Below, piece by piece: positions 9,344 to 20,218 of a stretch of DNA of 64,000 bases. The position numbers and the translations under genes were made by a program. The stretch is taken from positions 544,001-608,000 of the forward strand of contig OZ253462.1 of assembly GCA_965261395.1 (NCBI GenBank), given 5' to 3'. How positions within the stretch are numbered: position 1 is the first letter of the stretch; each line of letters opens with the position of its first letter. The notes beneath the pieces were generated by a model that saw only the letters and a program-made list of their open reading frames with translations, had not been told where the DNA came from and ran no database searches. This DNA comes from Candidatus Latescibacterota bacterium. GTDB taxonomy: Bacteria > Latescibacterota > UBA2968 > UBA8231.

Positions 9344-10710
9344 GGGTCGATTCCGTATTTCTCAAAACGGCGGTACAGCGCCGCCCGACTCAAGCCCAAC
9401 GCCTGGGCCACTCGGCTGATGTTGCCTTTATAGCGCTCCATGCACTGGACGATCATCGACCGTTCCAACTCGTCGAGGGTCATGGTGCCCGGCGCTGGCA
9501 GGTCGCTCGATCCGCTCTGGCCTTCCTCGGGCTGCATCGATAGGGCCGCGGAGAAATCGTCGGTCCCCAAGACGCGGCTGGGACTCATCAACGCGGTCCG
9601 TTCGACCAGTTGCTTCAACTGGCGGATGTTGCCCGGCCACGGCAGGGTTTGCAGCCAGCTCTGGGCCGCGGCGTCGATCTCCAAGTCGCGGCGGTAGGCT
9701 TGGGCTGCGCCCAGTGCAAAATGGCGTGCTAGCTGCGGGATGTCCTCCGGCCGTTGGCGCAGGGGCGGCAGGTGCAGGACGATGAGGTTGAGGCGATAGA
9801 GCAAATCCTCGCGGAAAGCCCCCGACTCGACCAACTCCAGCAGGTTCTGGTTAGTCGCCGAAATCACCCGCACATCCACTGAACGGGTCTTGCTCGACCC
9901 CAGCACTTCATAGGTCCGGTCCTGCAAAACGCGCAGCAGCTTGACTTGGCAGCTCGGGGCCAAGTCGCCGATTTCGTCGAGGAAGATGGTGCCGCCATCG
10001 GACAACGCAAAGCGACCGGTGCGATCCTGTCGGGCGTCGGTGAAGGCCCCCTTCACGTGCCCGAACATCTCGCTGTCGAATAGGGTCGAGGAAATGCCGC
10101 CGAGATTGACTTTGACAAAGAGCTGATCGCGCCGATTGCTGTTGCGGAAGAGGGCCTGGGCGACTTCGTCTTTGCCGGTGCCGCTCTCGCCGGTGATCAG
10201 CACCGAGGCGTCGGTGGGCGCGACGCGGCTGACGACTTCGAGCACCTTGAGCAGTTGGGGGTCGGCACCGATGATGTTGGCGAAATCGCCTTGGCGGTCC
10301 AGTTCCTCGCGCGTGATGGTGCGCTCGGTGGCTGGCGTTGCCGCGGCCAAGCCCAGCGCCGTTTTCACGGCCTGGAGGATCTGTTTGTTGGTCCAGGGTT
10401 TGGTGACAAAATCCGCGGCACCGGCCTTGATGCCCTGCACGGCCAGTTCAATGGACCCCCAAGCCGTCATCAAAATGACCGGCACACTAGCCCACCGCTG
10501 CTTGATCTCCCGCAACAATTCCATGCCCTCCTCGCCGCTGGTCTGGCGCGAGAAGTTCATATCCTGCAAGACCAGTTCGCACCCGCCGCGCTCCAGCCAT
10601 TCGAGGGCTTCCGCCGGAGACGCAGCGGTCGCGGTCTGGTAGCCGGCCTGCTTGAGCAGCAGGGACAGCGACGTGGTCACGGAAATATCGTCATCTACGA
10701 CTAGGATCAT
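9340..10710 (-). CDS. Sigma54-dependent response regulator (NtrC family)
   Basis: Receiver domain, Walker A GESGTGKD, GAFTDA loop, WPGNIRQL, C-terminal Fis HTH. Confidence 0.95.
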   Translation of the reverse strand: MILVVDDDISVTTSLSLLLKQAGYQTATAASPAEALEWLERGGCELVLQDMNFSRQTSGEEGMELLREIKQRWASVPVILMTAWGSIELAVQGIKAGAADFVTKPWTNKQILQAVKTALGLAAATPATERTITREELDRQGDFANIIGADPQLLKVLEVVSRVAPTDASVLITGESGTGKDEVAQALFRNSNRRDQLFVKVNLGGISSTLFDSEMFGHVKGAFTDARQDRTGRFALSDGGTIFLDEIGDLAPSCQVKLLRVLQDRTYEVLGSSKTRSVDVRVISATNQNLLELVESGAFREDLLYRLNLIVLHLPPLRQRPEDIPQLARHFALGAAQAYRRDLEIDAAAQSWLQTLPWPGNIRQLKQLVERTALMSPSRVLGTDDFSAALSMQPEEGQSGSSDLPAPGTMTLDELERSMIVQCMERYKGNISRVAQALGLSRAALYRRFEKYGIDP

Positions 10711-10731
10711 CGCCCAGTCCTCATTCGCGGC

Positions 10732-11883
10732 CTATCGGCGGAATTCGGGTTGAGTTCCCAACTGTACTGTCTTCTCCATTTGGACACCATTGCGCACTAG
10801 CCCGAACGCAACCTCAGTGCCGGGTTTCATACGGCGCAGTAGGAAGTTTAGTTGGGATGGGGAAATTATGGGTTTATCTGCCAGAGTGAGCAAAATGTCG
10901 CCCTGTTCAAAGCCGGCCTCTTGCGCGGGACTACCGTCCTCGACTCGGTGGACCGCCTCGTCCTCGGTCAACTGTACGCCGAGCCAACCCATCTCATCCG
11001 GGGATAGATAACGCATCCCATTCCCACTCAAATCCAGCAGGCGGAAAGTACCGGCTTGCTCGTCGTGAGCCACCCTGAAGGTCATTGTAACCTGATTATC
11101 CCGGTAGAAATCGCTGGTAGCCTGTTTTGCCCACTCCTGCCCGTCGAAATACTGGACGAACAACTCTGGCCATTCGCCCGCACTCATATTTCTGAAGGCC
11201 AAGCGGTGAGTGGCCCTTTCCTTCGAAGGAGCGGACTCCTGGGGCGTCAGGTAGTTAGAATAATAGTCCCGCGAGTACACTTTAACCTCGAAGTCGTCGA
11301 ACAACTCTGTGAACCACTGTAACTCTTTGTGGGTTGAATCCGGGCCAAGTTCAAGTTCGGGGGGATAGCGCCCGTCCACCATATTTCTGCCTATGAGTTC
11401 GAGCTGATCGAGCAGGGCCTGTTCGGTCGCCTTATTCCTGTCGTGCTCGGCCGAGCGCTCGGCCACGACGATGGTCCCCTCGATGACATTATTGGTCTCG
11501 TCCGTCTCGGGCAGATTGTCTTCCTTGTCCAAAACCCACCGGTACGTGTACGTCCCCGGTTCAGTCGGCTTGAAGTGATAGTAGCCTTCGGCTATTGAGT
11601 AGGTACTAGTCCTGCCCGGCGGCAAACCTGCCGTACCGTGATCGAAGCTGACGCGCTCGCCGTCAACGTACAAATCGACTCGATAGGTGCGGGGAGGAAT
11701 GGCGTCGGGGCCTTGATTGGCCACGTGTGTGACGAATACGACTCCATCTCCGACCACCACTTCCTCGGGTATATGGACGAGTTCGACGGCTACCAAATCG
11801 TAATTGCCCTCAGGTGCTTCTTGGAGTGACGCGGCATACGCAAACGGCGCAAACAGAAAAACTGCTAACACGAGATAACGCAT
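10732..11883 (-). CDS. Secreted CARDB + PDZ domain protein
   Basis: Signal peptide from MRYLVLAV; CARDB-like 'VANQG...ETDETNN'; PDZ 'WLGVQL...VEDGSPAQEAGFEQGDIL'. Confidence 0.7.
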   Translation of the reverse strand: MRYLVLAVFLFAPFAYAASLQEAPEGNYDLVAVELVHIPEEVVVGDGVVFVTHVANQGPDAIPPRTYRVDLYVDGERVSFDHGTAGLPPGRTSTYSIAEGYYHFKPTEPGTYTYRWVLDKEDNLPETDETNNVIEGTIVVAERSAEHDRNKATEQALLDQLELIGRNMVDGRYPPELELGPDSTHKELQWFTELFDDFEVKVYSRDYYSNYLTPQESAPSKERATHRLAFRNMSAGEWPELFVQYFDGQEWAKQATSDFYRDNQVTMTFRVAHDEQAGTFRLLDLSGNGMRYLSPDEMGWLGVQLTEDEAVHRVEDGSPAQEAGFEQGDILLTLADKPIISPSQLNFLLRRMKPGTEVAFGLVRNGVQMEKTVQLGTQPEFRR

Positions 11884-12004
11884 GGTTGATTCCTTCCTCA
11901 TTCGTGGTAAAGGGCCTCGGCCAACCCAAGCGTCTGATGAAATTCGTCCGAAACATCGTCAGCAGCAACATGTTGTCCGGCAACGGCAACGGGTTACATC
12001 CTCC

Positions 12005-14455
12005 TTACTCTACAGTAACTGCTCCCCCAAAATCAAAACGCACCAAACTCAACCCCGCGCTCCAGCCGGGCCGGTCCAAGCGCCGGGTGAAATCGAGGCG
12101 CAGCAGATGGTACAGCATGAGCGAGACCCCTACCTCATGGTGGAAACCCTCCTCGTAGCGCGGGTCGTATCCTAGGGCGGCCCGCCGCTCTGAATCAATC
12201 CACGTCCGCCCTGAAGCCCCATGCACCACCAGCCCCGCGCCCCGCATGGCCCAACCCCACAGCCCCAATAGCTCAAAGGGCGTGGTCTTGAAGTTGTGCT
12301 CCCAATACAGAGCCGCGTAATGTTGCCCTTCATGGGGATGACCGCGAACCGTGCGGAAGGTTCCAAACGGCGAGAAAAAGCCCATGCTGGCCTCCAAGGA
12401 TCCAAAGCGCTGCACTGGCACATCGCCGATCGAGTACCCCGCCACCAGCCGCACATCGAGCGCGTTGGGCGTGAAGCGGCGCTTGAGGAAGGTCTTGAAA
12501 TGGCCGTCCAAGGCTAGGCGCAAGCGGGTGAAGGAAAAGTCGCTGCCCAACCCAGCACCGCTGTGCTCCACCCCCACTTCGACCCGCCGATTGGCCGTCA
12601 TTCCAAAAGGCTGGTACGGCCCGCCCCATTCGAGACCCGCCTCTACTGAGCGCAGCCGACCTTCCTCAATAGCCGGATTGGGCCGCGGCCTCCAGTTCCG
12701 ATTCAACAGGCTGAAAGCGGTCGTTTCCCGTAGAGAAGAATGCGCCTCGTAGTTAAAGCCCACTTGCAAGCCGACCTGGCTCGGTAGGGAAAGATGGACC
12801 CGCGCTCGCAGCCTTTCGTTCCAGTAATAATCGAAATAGTCATCTAGGCCCAGCAGGAACTGGCCGCTGTTGAGCAAAAGGGGATAGCTGTCTGAAGGAA
12901 TGCGCGGCACCGGCCCTCTCCCGTACTCCAGAACCACCCTACCCGCTGTCCGCTGCCAGCCGACCCGGCCCCGGTAAGACCAGCGTTCCAGACCAATGTT
13001 GTACCCGGTACTACCGCCGGCCTCCAGTCCGCCGAACAAACTCCGGTTCCCCTCCAGCCCCAGATGCGCCCCACCCACCCGGTCGTATCTCAAAGCAGGC
13101 TTCAGTCCGATCTGTCCTAACCAGCGCGACGACTCCGCCTGCTCCTCCGTCTCTTCCTTTACCTGCTCCGTCTCTCCCTTGACCTGCACTGCTTCCTCCT
13201 CCACCAAAAAACGGGCGAGAAAGCCCGTCGGCTGAAAGGCCTGTTCGAACTGCATGGTGCTGTCGATGGTGGCATAAGCCGCTTGTTCCCGCGCTGACAG
13301 GGGCACCTTGTCGGCCAGCCGGACAAAGGAACTGTCCTGGGCCACGGCCAGCGAATCGACCCGCAGCACTTCCTCGCTGGCGTAGAGCGAGTCGGGCATA
13401 TCGACATTGACTTGGTAATCGCTCAGCCGCGTCACCACATTGTATTTGATCGCGGGAAAGTGCAGCCCCACCATGCTGATTTTTATTTCCATAGAGGCTC
13501 GGTAATCGACCGGCAGCCACACCCCTCCGGCAAAGCCGCGGAACTGTTGTTGGTAGGCGAAATCCATGTGCTCAATCAGGGGCAGGGGAATGGCCGAGGC
13601 GGTGGTCGCCCGGCTGGGTGCCAGCTCTACTTCGAGCAAGGCGAAATCCTCGTCCAATACTGCGACACGGCCGGCAAAAGCGGCTTGCAATTTATTTTTT
13701 GGCTCAACCGAAATGTCGAATACCACCTTATCATCTAAATAGCGTTGGCCGATCAAGCGGAAGTGGTAGTGCTTGAGGGCATCGGGATGGGTCGGCCCGA
13801 TCAGCGTATGGCTGATAAAGGGGATATCGTCGTCGTAGAAATTCGTAAACCCCTCCAAGGCCGAGGTGTATGCTTCGTGAGAATCCAAATTTTGGGTCAC
13901 ACGCCTCGACTTGACCACTTCGCGCAGCCCCTGCTCCCGTTCCCAGTAAATCTCCGAGGCCAATTCGCCGATCCTGACGATGCCTTCCTCGTTTTCCAAA
14001 ACCCGCCGGGTATAAGCCTGTGCCTGATAGCTGGCTAAGCTGGGCCGCCACGCTTGTTTGCGGCGGATGACTTGGCGCATGATACCCTCGGCTGAGGTTT
14101 CGGCAGTCACCACGATGGGATCGAACAGAAAGGGCACTGGCGTCAAGGCGAAATCGACCCGTTCCGCAGGGGTCGTCAACGCGCGGTCTTGGGAGACGTA
14201 GCCGATATAACTCACTTTCAATGTCGCCGGTAGCTGCTGCACCTTGAGCGAGTACTCGCCCTCGTCATTAGCTATAGTCCCGCGATAGGTGCCGGCTAGC
14301 TGTACCGTAGCCGCTGGCAGGGGCTGCCCGGTGACCGCGTCGATGACGGTGCCGCGCACCAACCACGGCTGGGCATGGACTGCGGGAACGGTCCATAAGG
14401 CAGCCAAGATGGCCATCGTCAAAAGCAAATTCGCGTTAATCTTTTTGCAGTCCAT
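12005..14455 (-). CDS. CarboxypepD_reg-like + DUF5686-type outer-membrane protein
   Basis: 'VRGTVIDAVTGQPLPAATV...GTIANDEGEY...VSYIGY'; beta-strand-rich C-terminus. Confidence 0.75.
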   Translation of the reverse strand: MDCKKINANLLLTMAILAALWTVPAVHAQPWLVRGTVIDAVTGQPLPAATVQLAGTYRGTIANDEGEYSLKVQQLPATLKVSYIGYVSQDRALTTPAERVDFALTPVPFLFDPIVVTAETSAEGIMRQVIRRKQAWRPSLASYQAQAYTRRVLENEEGIVRIGELASEIYWEREQGLREVVKSRRVTQNLDSHEAYTSALEGFTNFYDDDIPFISHTLIGPTHPDALKHYHFRLIGQRYLDDKVVFDISVEPKNKLQAAFAGRVAVLDEDFALLEVELAPSRATTASAIPLPLIEHMDFAYQQQFRGFAGGVWLPVDYRASMEIKISMVGLHFPAIKYNVVTRLSDYQVNVDMPDSLYASEEVLRVDSLAVAQDSSFVRLADKVPLSAREQAAYATIDSTMQFEQAFQPTGFLARFLVEEEAVQVKGETEQVKEETEEQAESSRWLGQIGLKPALRYDRVGGAHLGLEGNRSLFGGLEAGGSTGYNIGLERWSYRGRVGWQRTAGRVVLEYGRGPVPRIPSDSYPLLLNSGQFLLGLDDYFDYYWNERLRARVHLSLPSQVGLQVGFNYEAHSSLRETTAFSLLNRNWRPRPNPAIEEGRLRSVEAGLEWGGPYQPFGMTANRRVEVGVEHSGAGLGSDFSFTRLRLALDGHFKTFLKRRFTPNALDVRLVAGYSIGDVPVQRFGSLEASMGFFSPFGTFRTVRGHPHEGQHYAALYWEHNFKTTPFELLGLWGWAMRGAGLVVHGASGRTWIDSERRAALGYDPRYEEGFHHEVGVSLMLYHLLRLDFTRRLDRPGWSAGLSLVRFDFGGAVTVE

Positions 14456-14539
14456 AATATCCTAACTCATTCGTGGTGCAGCGCCTCTAAGCAGAACCAT
14501 CTTCAAAACTAGTAGTTCCGGTGAATGCTTGTAGAAAGC

Positions 14540-15763
14540 TCAAAGTTCGCTCAACAGCGAGCCGATAACCGTATCGATTTGGTCAACGGTATCAGAACTG
14601 AGACCCGTGATATCCAAGACTACCTTGCCTTCACCGCTGACAATTACATGACGCGGATAAGCCGTGCCGAAAGTGTGCTCGACCTCGTCATTCGCCACGG
14701 CGATGTCATAGATGAACGGATGCTTCTCCAGAAACGGCGGCAACTCCGCCATTTCGTTGTCGGCGATGGCGAGGAATTCGATGTCGCGGTCTGCGTACTT
14801 CTCAACCAATTCGTTGAGCTCGGGCATCTCCGCGATGCAGGGCGAACAGGCGGTGTGCCACCAGTTGATGACCACGGGCTTGCCGCGCAGCGCCGTCAGG
14901 TCGATAGCACTGCTGTCGAGCCGAGTAACGGTGACGTTGGGCATCTCAAAGCCCATGGCGAGGGCTATTGTTTGATCGCTGCGCTCGATTACTAGCCGAT
15001 CCCCCGTCGCCGATACATCAGCCAATTTGTAAACTCGATCGTTGATTAAGAAAGGGTTGATTACCTCGAAAACCTCATCCTCCAGCACCTCGGTTTGGCC
15101 GTATAGACTGGTCAGGAATACGCCGTCTCCATCGCGGTCAATCAGGAGATCATGTGAAGTCCTCCCCAATGAGTCAGCGAGTGGGGAGTAGGTGGCGAAA
15201 TTCGGAGACCTCACTGAGGCTATGGCATAGCGCTGGCCGCCAATGTCGGCCTCGCCCAACCGTAGTTCGAGATTGCGGTGCAGCACGAAATTCCGTTCGC
15301 GACTGATAAAAAGTTCGATCTTGAATTCAGATGCTTGGCCGGGCGGGGGCACGATCAGTTCGGCTCGCAGGGCATCATCAGCCGGAACGCCGTCAAAAGA
15401 ACCTGTTGTCAACTGGAGTCGCTGCGGTTGTGCGGTGGGATCGGCAGCGGCGAAGGCGATATCCTGTCCGTCGCTATCCAGTCCCACTATGACAATCGGC
15501 TCAGTCGGCGAATCGAGGAACGACAAGCGGGCGTGCAGGGGTGCATCAATATCTAGCCCGGCAACCGATTGGATCTCGGGCAATCCTTCCGTCATCCGCG
15601 AGATAGCCAAGCCACCCGGTATATACGTCTGGAAGAGATGCTTTACAGAATCCTTGTGCACGGATTCCATGGTCACCGTGATACTCTCCGCACCGGCCAT
15701 TCCACAACTGAACGCCGTGGCGACGGAGGCGATTATAGTGATGGCAGATTTGATTGCTTTCAT
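14540..15763 (-). CDS. Exported TlpA-family disulfide reductase with long N-terminal domain (copy 2)
   Basis: Start MKAIKS; 'LRGKPVVINWWHTACSPCIAEMPEL' CxxC motif. Confidence 0.85.
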   Translation of the reverse strand: MKAIKSAITIIASVATAFSCGMAGAESITVTMESVHKDSVKHLFQTYIPGGLAISRMTEGLPEIQSVAGLDIDAPLHARLSFLDSPTEPIVIVGLDSDGQDIAFAAADPTAQPQRLQLTTGSFDGVPADDALRAELIVPPPGQASEFKIELFISRERNFVLHRNLELRLGEADIGGQRYAIASVRSPNFATYSPLADSLGRTSHDLLIDRDGDGVFLTSLYGQTEVLEDEVFEVINPFLINDRVYKLADVSATGDRLVIERSDQTIALAMGFEMPNVTVTRLDSSAIDLTALRGKPVVINWWHTACSPCIAEMPELNELVEKYADRDIEFLAIADNEMAELPPFLEKHPFIYDIAVANDEVEHTFGTAYPRHVIVSGEGKVVLDITGLSSDTVDQIDTVIGSLLSEL

Positions 15764-15807
15764 GGCATTTTCCTCTTGGATATGTGGAGTGCGTAGCAAT
15801 GGCAAGC

Positions 15808-17028
15808 TCAAAGCTCACTTAACAGCGAGCCGATAACCGCGTCGATCTGGTCAACGGTATTAGAACTGAGACCAAGGACGTCATAGGCGACTTTACCTTC
15901 GCCATCGAGGATTACATGACGAGGAAAGGCATAGCCGAAAATCTGCACTGCCTCGTCTTTCCCCAAGGCGATGTCATAAGAGAACGGATGCTTCTTCAGA
16001 AACGGCGTCAAATCCACCATTTCATTGTGGGCGATAGCGAGGAACTCAACGTCGCGGTCCGCGTATTTCTCGACCAGTTCGTTGAGTTCGGGAATCTCCC
16101 TGATGCAGGGGCCGCAGAAGGTTTGCCACCAGTTGATGACCACGGGCTTGCCGCGCAGCGCCGTCAGGTCGATAGTGCTGCTGTCGAGCCGAGTAACGGC
16201 GACATTCGGCATCTTGAAGCCCACGGCGAGGGCGACCGTTTGCTCACTGCGCTCAATCACCAGTTGATCCCCCGTCGCCGACACATAGGTCAGTTTGTAT
16301 GCCTGACCGTCGATCAAGAAGGGCTTGGTTCCCTCGAAAACTTCATTCACCTGCGTGTTGGACTGAGAGTCCGTTCGGGTCAGGAATACCCCGTCCCTGT
16401 CGAGGTCAATCATAAGTTGATAGAACGTGATCCCCACCGAGTCGGCGGGTATAGAGTAGGTGCCGAAACGCGGATCTCTAACTAGGGCTATGGCATAGCG
16501 TTGGCCGCCAATGTCGGCCTCGCCCAGCCGCAGCTCGAGGTTGCGGTGCAGCACGGAATTATGTTCGCGGCTGAGCACGAGTTCAAGCGTAAACTCAGGT
16601 GCTTGACCAGCCGGGGGCACGGTTAGCTCGGATTGTAGGGCCTCACTTTTAATGAATTTGGAAAAACCCTCCGTGAGCTGGAGTCGCTGCGGCTCCGCGG
16701 TCGAATCGGCCACGACGAAGGCAATGTCCTGTCCGTCGTTATCCAATCCCAGTACAACAGTCGGCTCAGCCGGCGAATCGAGGAACGACAAGCGGGCGTG
16801 CAGGGGCTCATTGATTTCCAGCCCGGCAACCGATTGAATCTCGGGCAGTCCTTCCGTCAACTGCGGGCCGACCGGAAACCGCACCAGCATAGGCTGGAAA
16901 AGATGCTCTACGGAATCCTCGCGCACGGATTCCATTTTCACCGTGATACTCTCCGCGTCAGCCACTCCATAAATGAACGCAGTGGCGACGAGGGCGATGA
17001 GGGCGATGGCAGATTTGATCGAATTCAT
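15808..17028 (-). CDS. Exported TlpA-family disulfide reductase (copy 1)
   Basis: 'LRGKPVVINWWQTFCGPCIREIPEL'; collinear paralog of 14540-15763; AGGAGG RBS. Confidence 0.85.
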   Translation of the reverse strand: MNSIKSAIALIALVATAFIYGVADAESITVKMESVREDSVEHLFQPMLVRFPVGPQLTEGLPEIQSVAGLEINEPLHARLSFLDSPAEPTVVLGLDNDGQDIAFVVADSTAEPQRLQLTEGFSKFIKSEALQSELTVPPAGQAPEFTLELVLSREHNSVLHRNLELRLGEADIGGQRYAIALVRDPRFGTYSIPADSVGITFYQLMIDLDRDGVFLTRTDSQSNTQVNEVFEGTKPFLIDGQAYKLTYVSATGDQLVIERSEQTVALAVGFKMPNVAVTRLDSSTIDLTALRGKPVVINWWQTFCGPCIREIPELNELVEKYADRDVEFLAIAHNEMVDLTPFLKKHPFSYDIALGKDEAVQIFGYAFPRHVILDGEGKVAYDVLGLSSNTVDQIDAVIGSLLSEL

Positions 17029-17093
17029 GGTATCCTCCTATGGGGTGTGTGAAGTACGTTTGGGTTTATTTTTTCGGACAGCCACATTCCGAC

Positions 17094-18272
17094 TCATTCG
17101 TGGTGCAGCGCCTCGACCGGCCGTATCCGGCAGGCCAGCCGCCCTGGGTACAGGCTGCATACAATCACGAGGCCGTAAATTATCAGCGCCGCAAAGGCCA
17201 GACTGAGTGCGTAGGTCCCGCTGGTATAATCGAGTAGTTCTAGCAGTGGGAATTGTAAGACGAGCAGCAAGCCAGCGATTACGCCGATGCTGGCAACCAC
17301 CAGTATCTCGCCCGTCAACTGCGCGTAGATACTGGCTGCCGACCCGCCCAAGGCCCTTCTCAGACCGATCTCCTCGATTCTCAGCGTCGTCCGCTGCCAC
17401 AGCACGCCGCTCAACGACAGCGCCACCATACCCATCACCAACACCGAGACGACCCCGGCGGCAAATAGGGCGGTCAGGGCCAACTTGAACGACGAGGCGC
17501 GATCTTCCTCCAAGGTCGTAATATCTACTATGTACCACGGGACCATGGCCTTGAGCCGCTTGAAAATTTGCTCTTGGGCCGCCAACGGGGTGTCGGGACG
17601 CACTTTGACCAAAAAACGGATATGATGAGAGTCATCGTCTTCCAAGCGATCTAATATGAAGAAATCATCTTCGGAAAATTCCCCTCTGCGGCGATAGGCG
17701 GAGACCACTCCTACGACCCGCCCGTCACCGTCATCCCCCCCCCACTCTTCGACCTGCTGGCCGATGGGATCTTCACGGCCAAAAAGTGCCTCGCTGAGCG
17801 GCTGGGTTATCACGAGCGGCTCCCAGTCTAGGGCCGCGTCCTCCTCGCTGAACCACCGCCCGCTAACCAAGTTGAGATCGAACACCTCGTGGAACTCATC
17901 CGAAACATTACCAAGCCCAACCATCTTTTCTTCTTTGGAAAAGGCACCGTACCGAGTGTTGCTATAGGGAATTGCTCCGCTGTTCGCCACGGCTACCGAC
18001 TCGACCCAGTCGAATTCCTCTAGGGCCTGATAGATATGTCTGCGGCTGGGCGCTTTCGTCTCGCTAGGCGCTGGTCGCGTCCGATCCTCCCTGAATTCCA
18101 CAACCCATCTATTTTCGTAGGAAAATCCGAGAGGCTGCCGGTAACTGTTGGCCTTGTCCACGGCGAGGGAGGCCGTGATAAAGACGATTAAAAAAGAAAT
18201 GAAGATCTGGAAGGCGGTTAACGTGTTCGCCCTTTTGCGATTCCAGACTAGCTTGCAGAGATGGCGTATCAT
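17094..18272 (-). CDS. ABC transporter permease (MacB/FtsX family)
   Basis: Start MIRHL with ATGA overlap; 'EIGLRRALGG'; ends EALHHE. Confidence 0.92.
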   Translation of the reverse strand: MIRHLCKLVWNRKRANTLTAFQIFISFLIVFITASLAVDKANSYRQPLGFSYENRWVVEFREDRTRPAPSETKAPSRRHIYQALEEFDWVESVAVANSGAIPYSNTRYGAFSKEEKMVGLGNVSDEFHEVFDLNLVSGRWFSEEDAALDWEPLVITQPLSEALFGREDPIGQQVEEWGGDDGDGRVVGVVSAYRRRGEFSEDDFFILDRLEDDDSHHIRFLVKVRPDTPLAAQEQIFKRLKAMVPWYIVDITTLEEDRASSFKLALTALFAAGVVSVLVMGMVALSLSGVLWQRTTLRIEEIGLRRALGGSAASIYAQLTGEILVVASIGVIAGLLLVLQFPLLELLDYTSGTYALSLAFAALIIYGLVIVCSLYPGRLACRIRPVEALHHE

Positions 18273-19528
18273 TGCTTCCTCCTTCTGAGAGCTTCTACGA
18301 TATGCAGGCGCGACATTCTCCAAGCCGGATAGATGCCGGAAAGCAGACCGAAGACTAGGGTTATCACCAAGCCGTAGAAAAAGATGCGATGGTTCAGGTG
18401 GAATTCGGCATATTGCACAATGTCGCTGGCACTGAGTGCTTGTAGGACGAGAAAAGTAAGCACCAGCCCTAAAGCACCGCCCAAGAGCGTGAGAATCACG
18501 TTCTCCACCATGAATTGCCCCACTAAGGTGCGCGAAGAGCCGCCGAATGCCTTGCGTACCCCGATCTCAGAAGCGCGCTCCAAGATGCGAGTGCTGTTGA
18601 TATTGACCAAGCTGACCACCGGCAGGAGCATGAAGAGCAACCCCAGACCGCCAATCATCAAGAACATCGCATCGGTAGTCCCGGCGTCGAAGTCCCTGAA
18701 CACGAGCATCATACGCGCAGCCTCTTCTAACAGCGTCGCAGGGCCGCCGATGAGGCGATTGGTCTGATCGGGATTGGGATATTCGACCCGGGTGAGCACA
18801 TCGGCGAATTCCTCTTTGATAAGCGGTACTTCGGCCGCATTGCGCGCCAAGATCAGCGCCTGAGAGTTGCCGAATATCGAATCATAATGCAGGTACTCGT
18901 CCGTTTCGCGGGTGCTGACGGGCACCCAGAGATCGGCAAAGGACACGATGCGGAAGGCCGGCACGTTGGGCACGACCCCTACCACGCGAAAAGGGCGTCC
19001 TTTGACTTCGATGTACTGCCCCACGGCCTGCTCTCCCCCGAAAAACACCCGGCGCGTCTCCTCATTGATCACGGCCACCCGTTGGGCTTCCTCTACTTCC
19101 TTTGTGGTATAGGGACGCCCTTCAAGGAAATCGAATTCGAGTATCTCCCAGAACACTCCGTCCGTGTACTTGAGGTCGGATTCGATCTTCACGCCCTTGC
19201 GATACGTAACTTCCGGGGACCAGAAGTCTGTGGAAATGGACACCTTTTCCGCATGATCCAGCGAGGACACATACCGTTCCAAAAAGGCGTAGCTAGGTGC
19301 CCGGATATACATGCCTCTGTCATCCGTGTTTTTTCCTGTGAGCATCTTCAGAACGAGCGTGCGATCCGACCGCGTCTCCGGCGGGAAGGAGCCAAAGACG
19401 TGGTCGAACAAGGCCGTCGCCACCATCATTACCATGAGCGTGAAGCTGATGGTAACGAGGCTGATGCAGGTAAAGACCTTGCGCCTCAGCAGAACCTTGA
19501 GGGCCATTTTGATATAGTTCTTTAGCAT
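18269..19528 (-). CDS. ABC transporter permease (MacB/FtsX family)
   Basis: 'MLKNYIKMALKVLLRRK', 'EIGVRKAFGG', 'YPAWRMSRL'. Confidence 0.92.
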   Translation of the reverse strand: MLKNYIKMALKVLLRRKVFTCISLVTISFTLMVMMVATALFDHVFGSFPPETRSDRTLVLKMLTGKNTDDRGMYIRAPSYAFLERYVSSLDHAEKVSISTDFWSPEVTYRKGVKIESDLKYTDGVFWEILEFDFLEGRPYTTKEVEEAQRVAVINEETRRVFFGGEQAVGQYIEVKGRPFRVVGVVPNVPAFRIVSFADLWVPVSTRETDEYLHYDSIFGNSQALILARNAAEVPLIKEEFADVLTRVEYPNPDQTNRLIGGPATLLEEAARMMLVFRDFDAGTTDAMFLMIGGLGLLFMLLPVVSLVNINSTRILERASEIGVRKAFGGSSRTLVGQFMVENVILTLLGGALGLVLTFLVLQALSASDIVQYAEFHLNHRIFFYGLVITLVFGLLSGIYPAWRMSRLHIVEALRRRKQ

Positions 19529-19541
19529 TTTCCTCCTCCTT

Positions 19542-20207
<666 letters not shown>

Positions 20208-20218
20208 GGCAGTCTCCT

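Larger units (their letters stand above)
10720..17114 (-). repeat. Four copies of the permease 3' end (EAL[H/Y]HE-stop) between genes
   Basis: ACTCATTCGTGGTGCAGCGCCTC at 17092-17114 and 14465-14487 (23/23); 11897-11918 (19/22); 10720-10730 (10/11). Confidence 0.85.

Noticed and set aside
10720-17114. CRISPR array from the ~23-bp repeats
   Set aside because: Repeats are kilobases apart, separated by whole genes, and match a coding 3' end; no cas genes.
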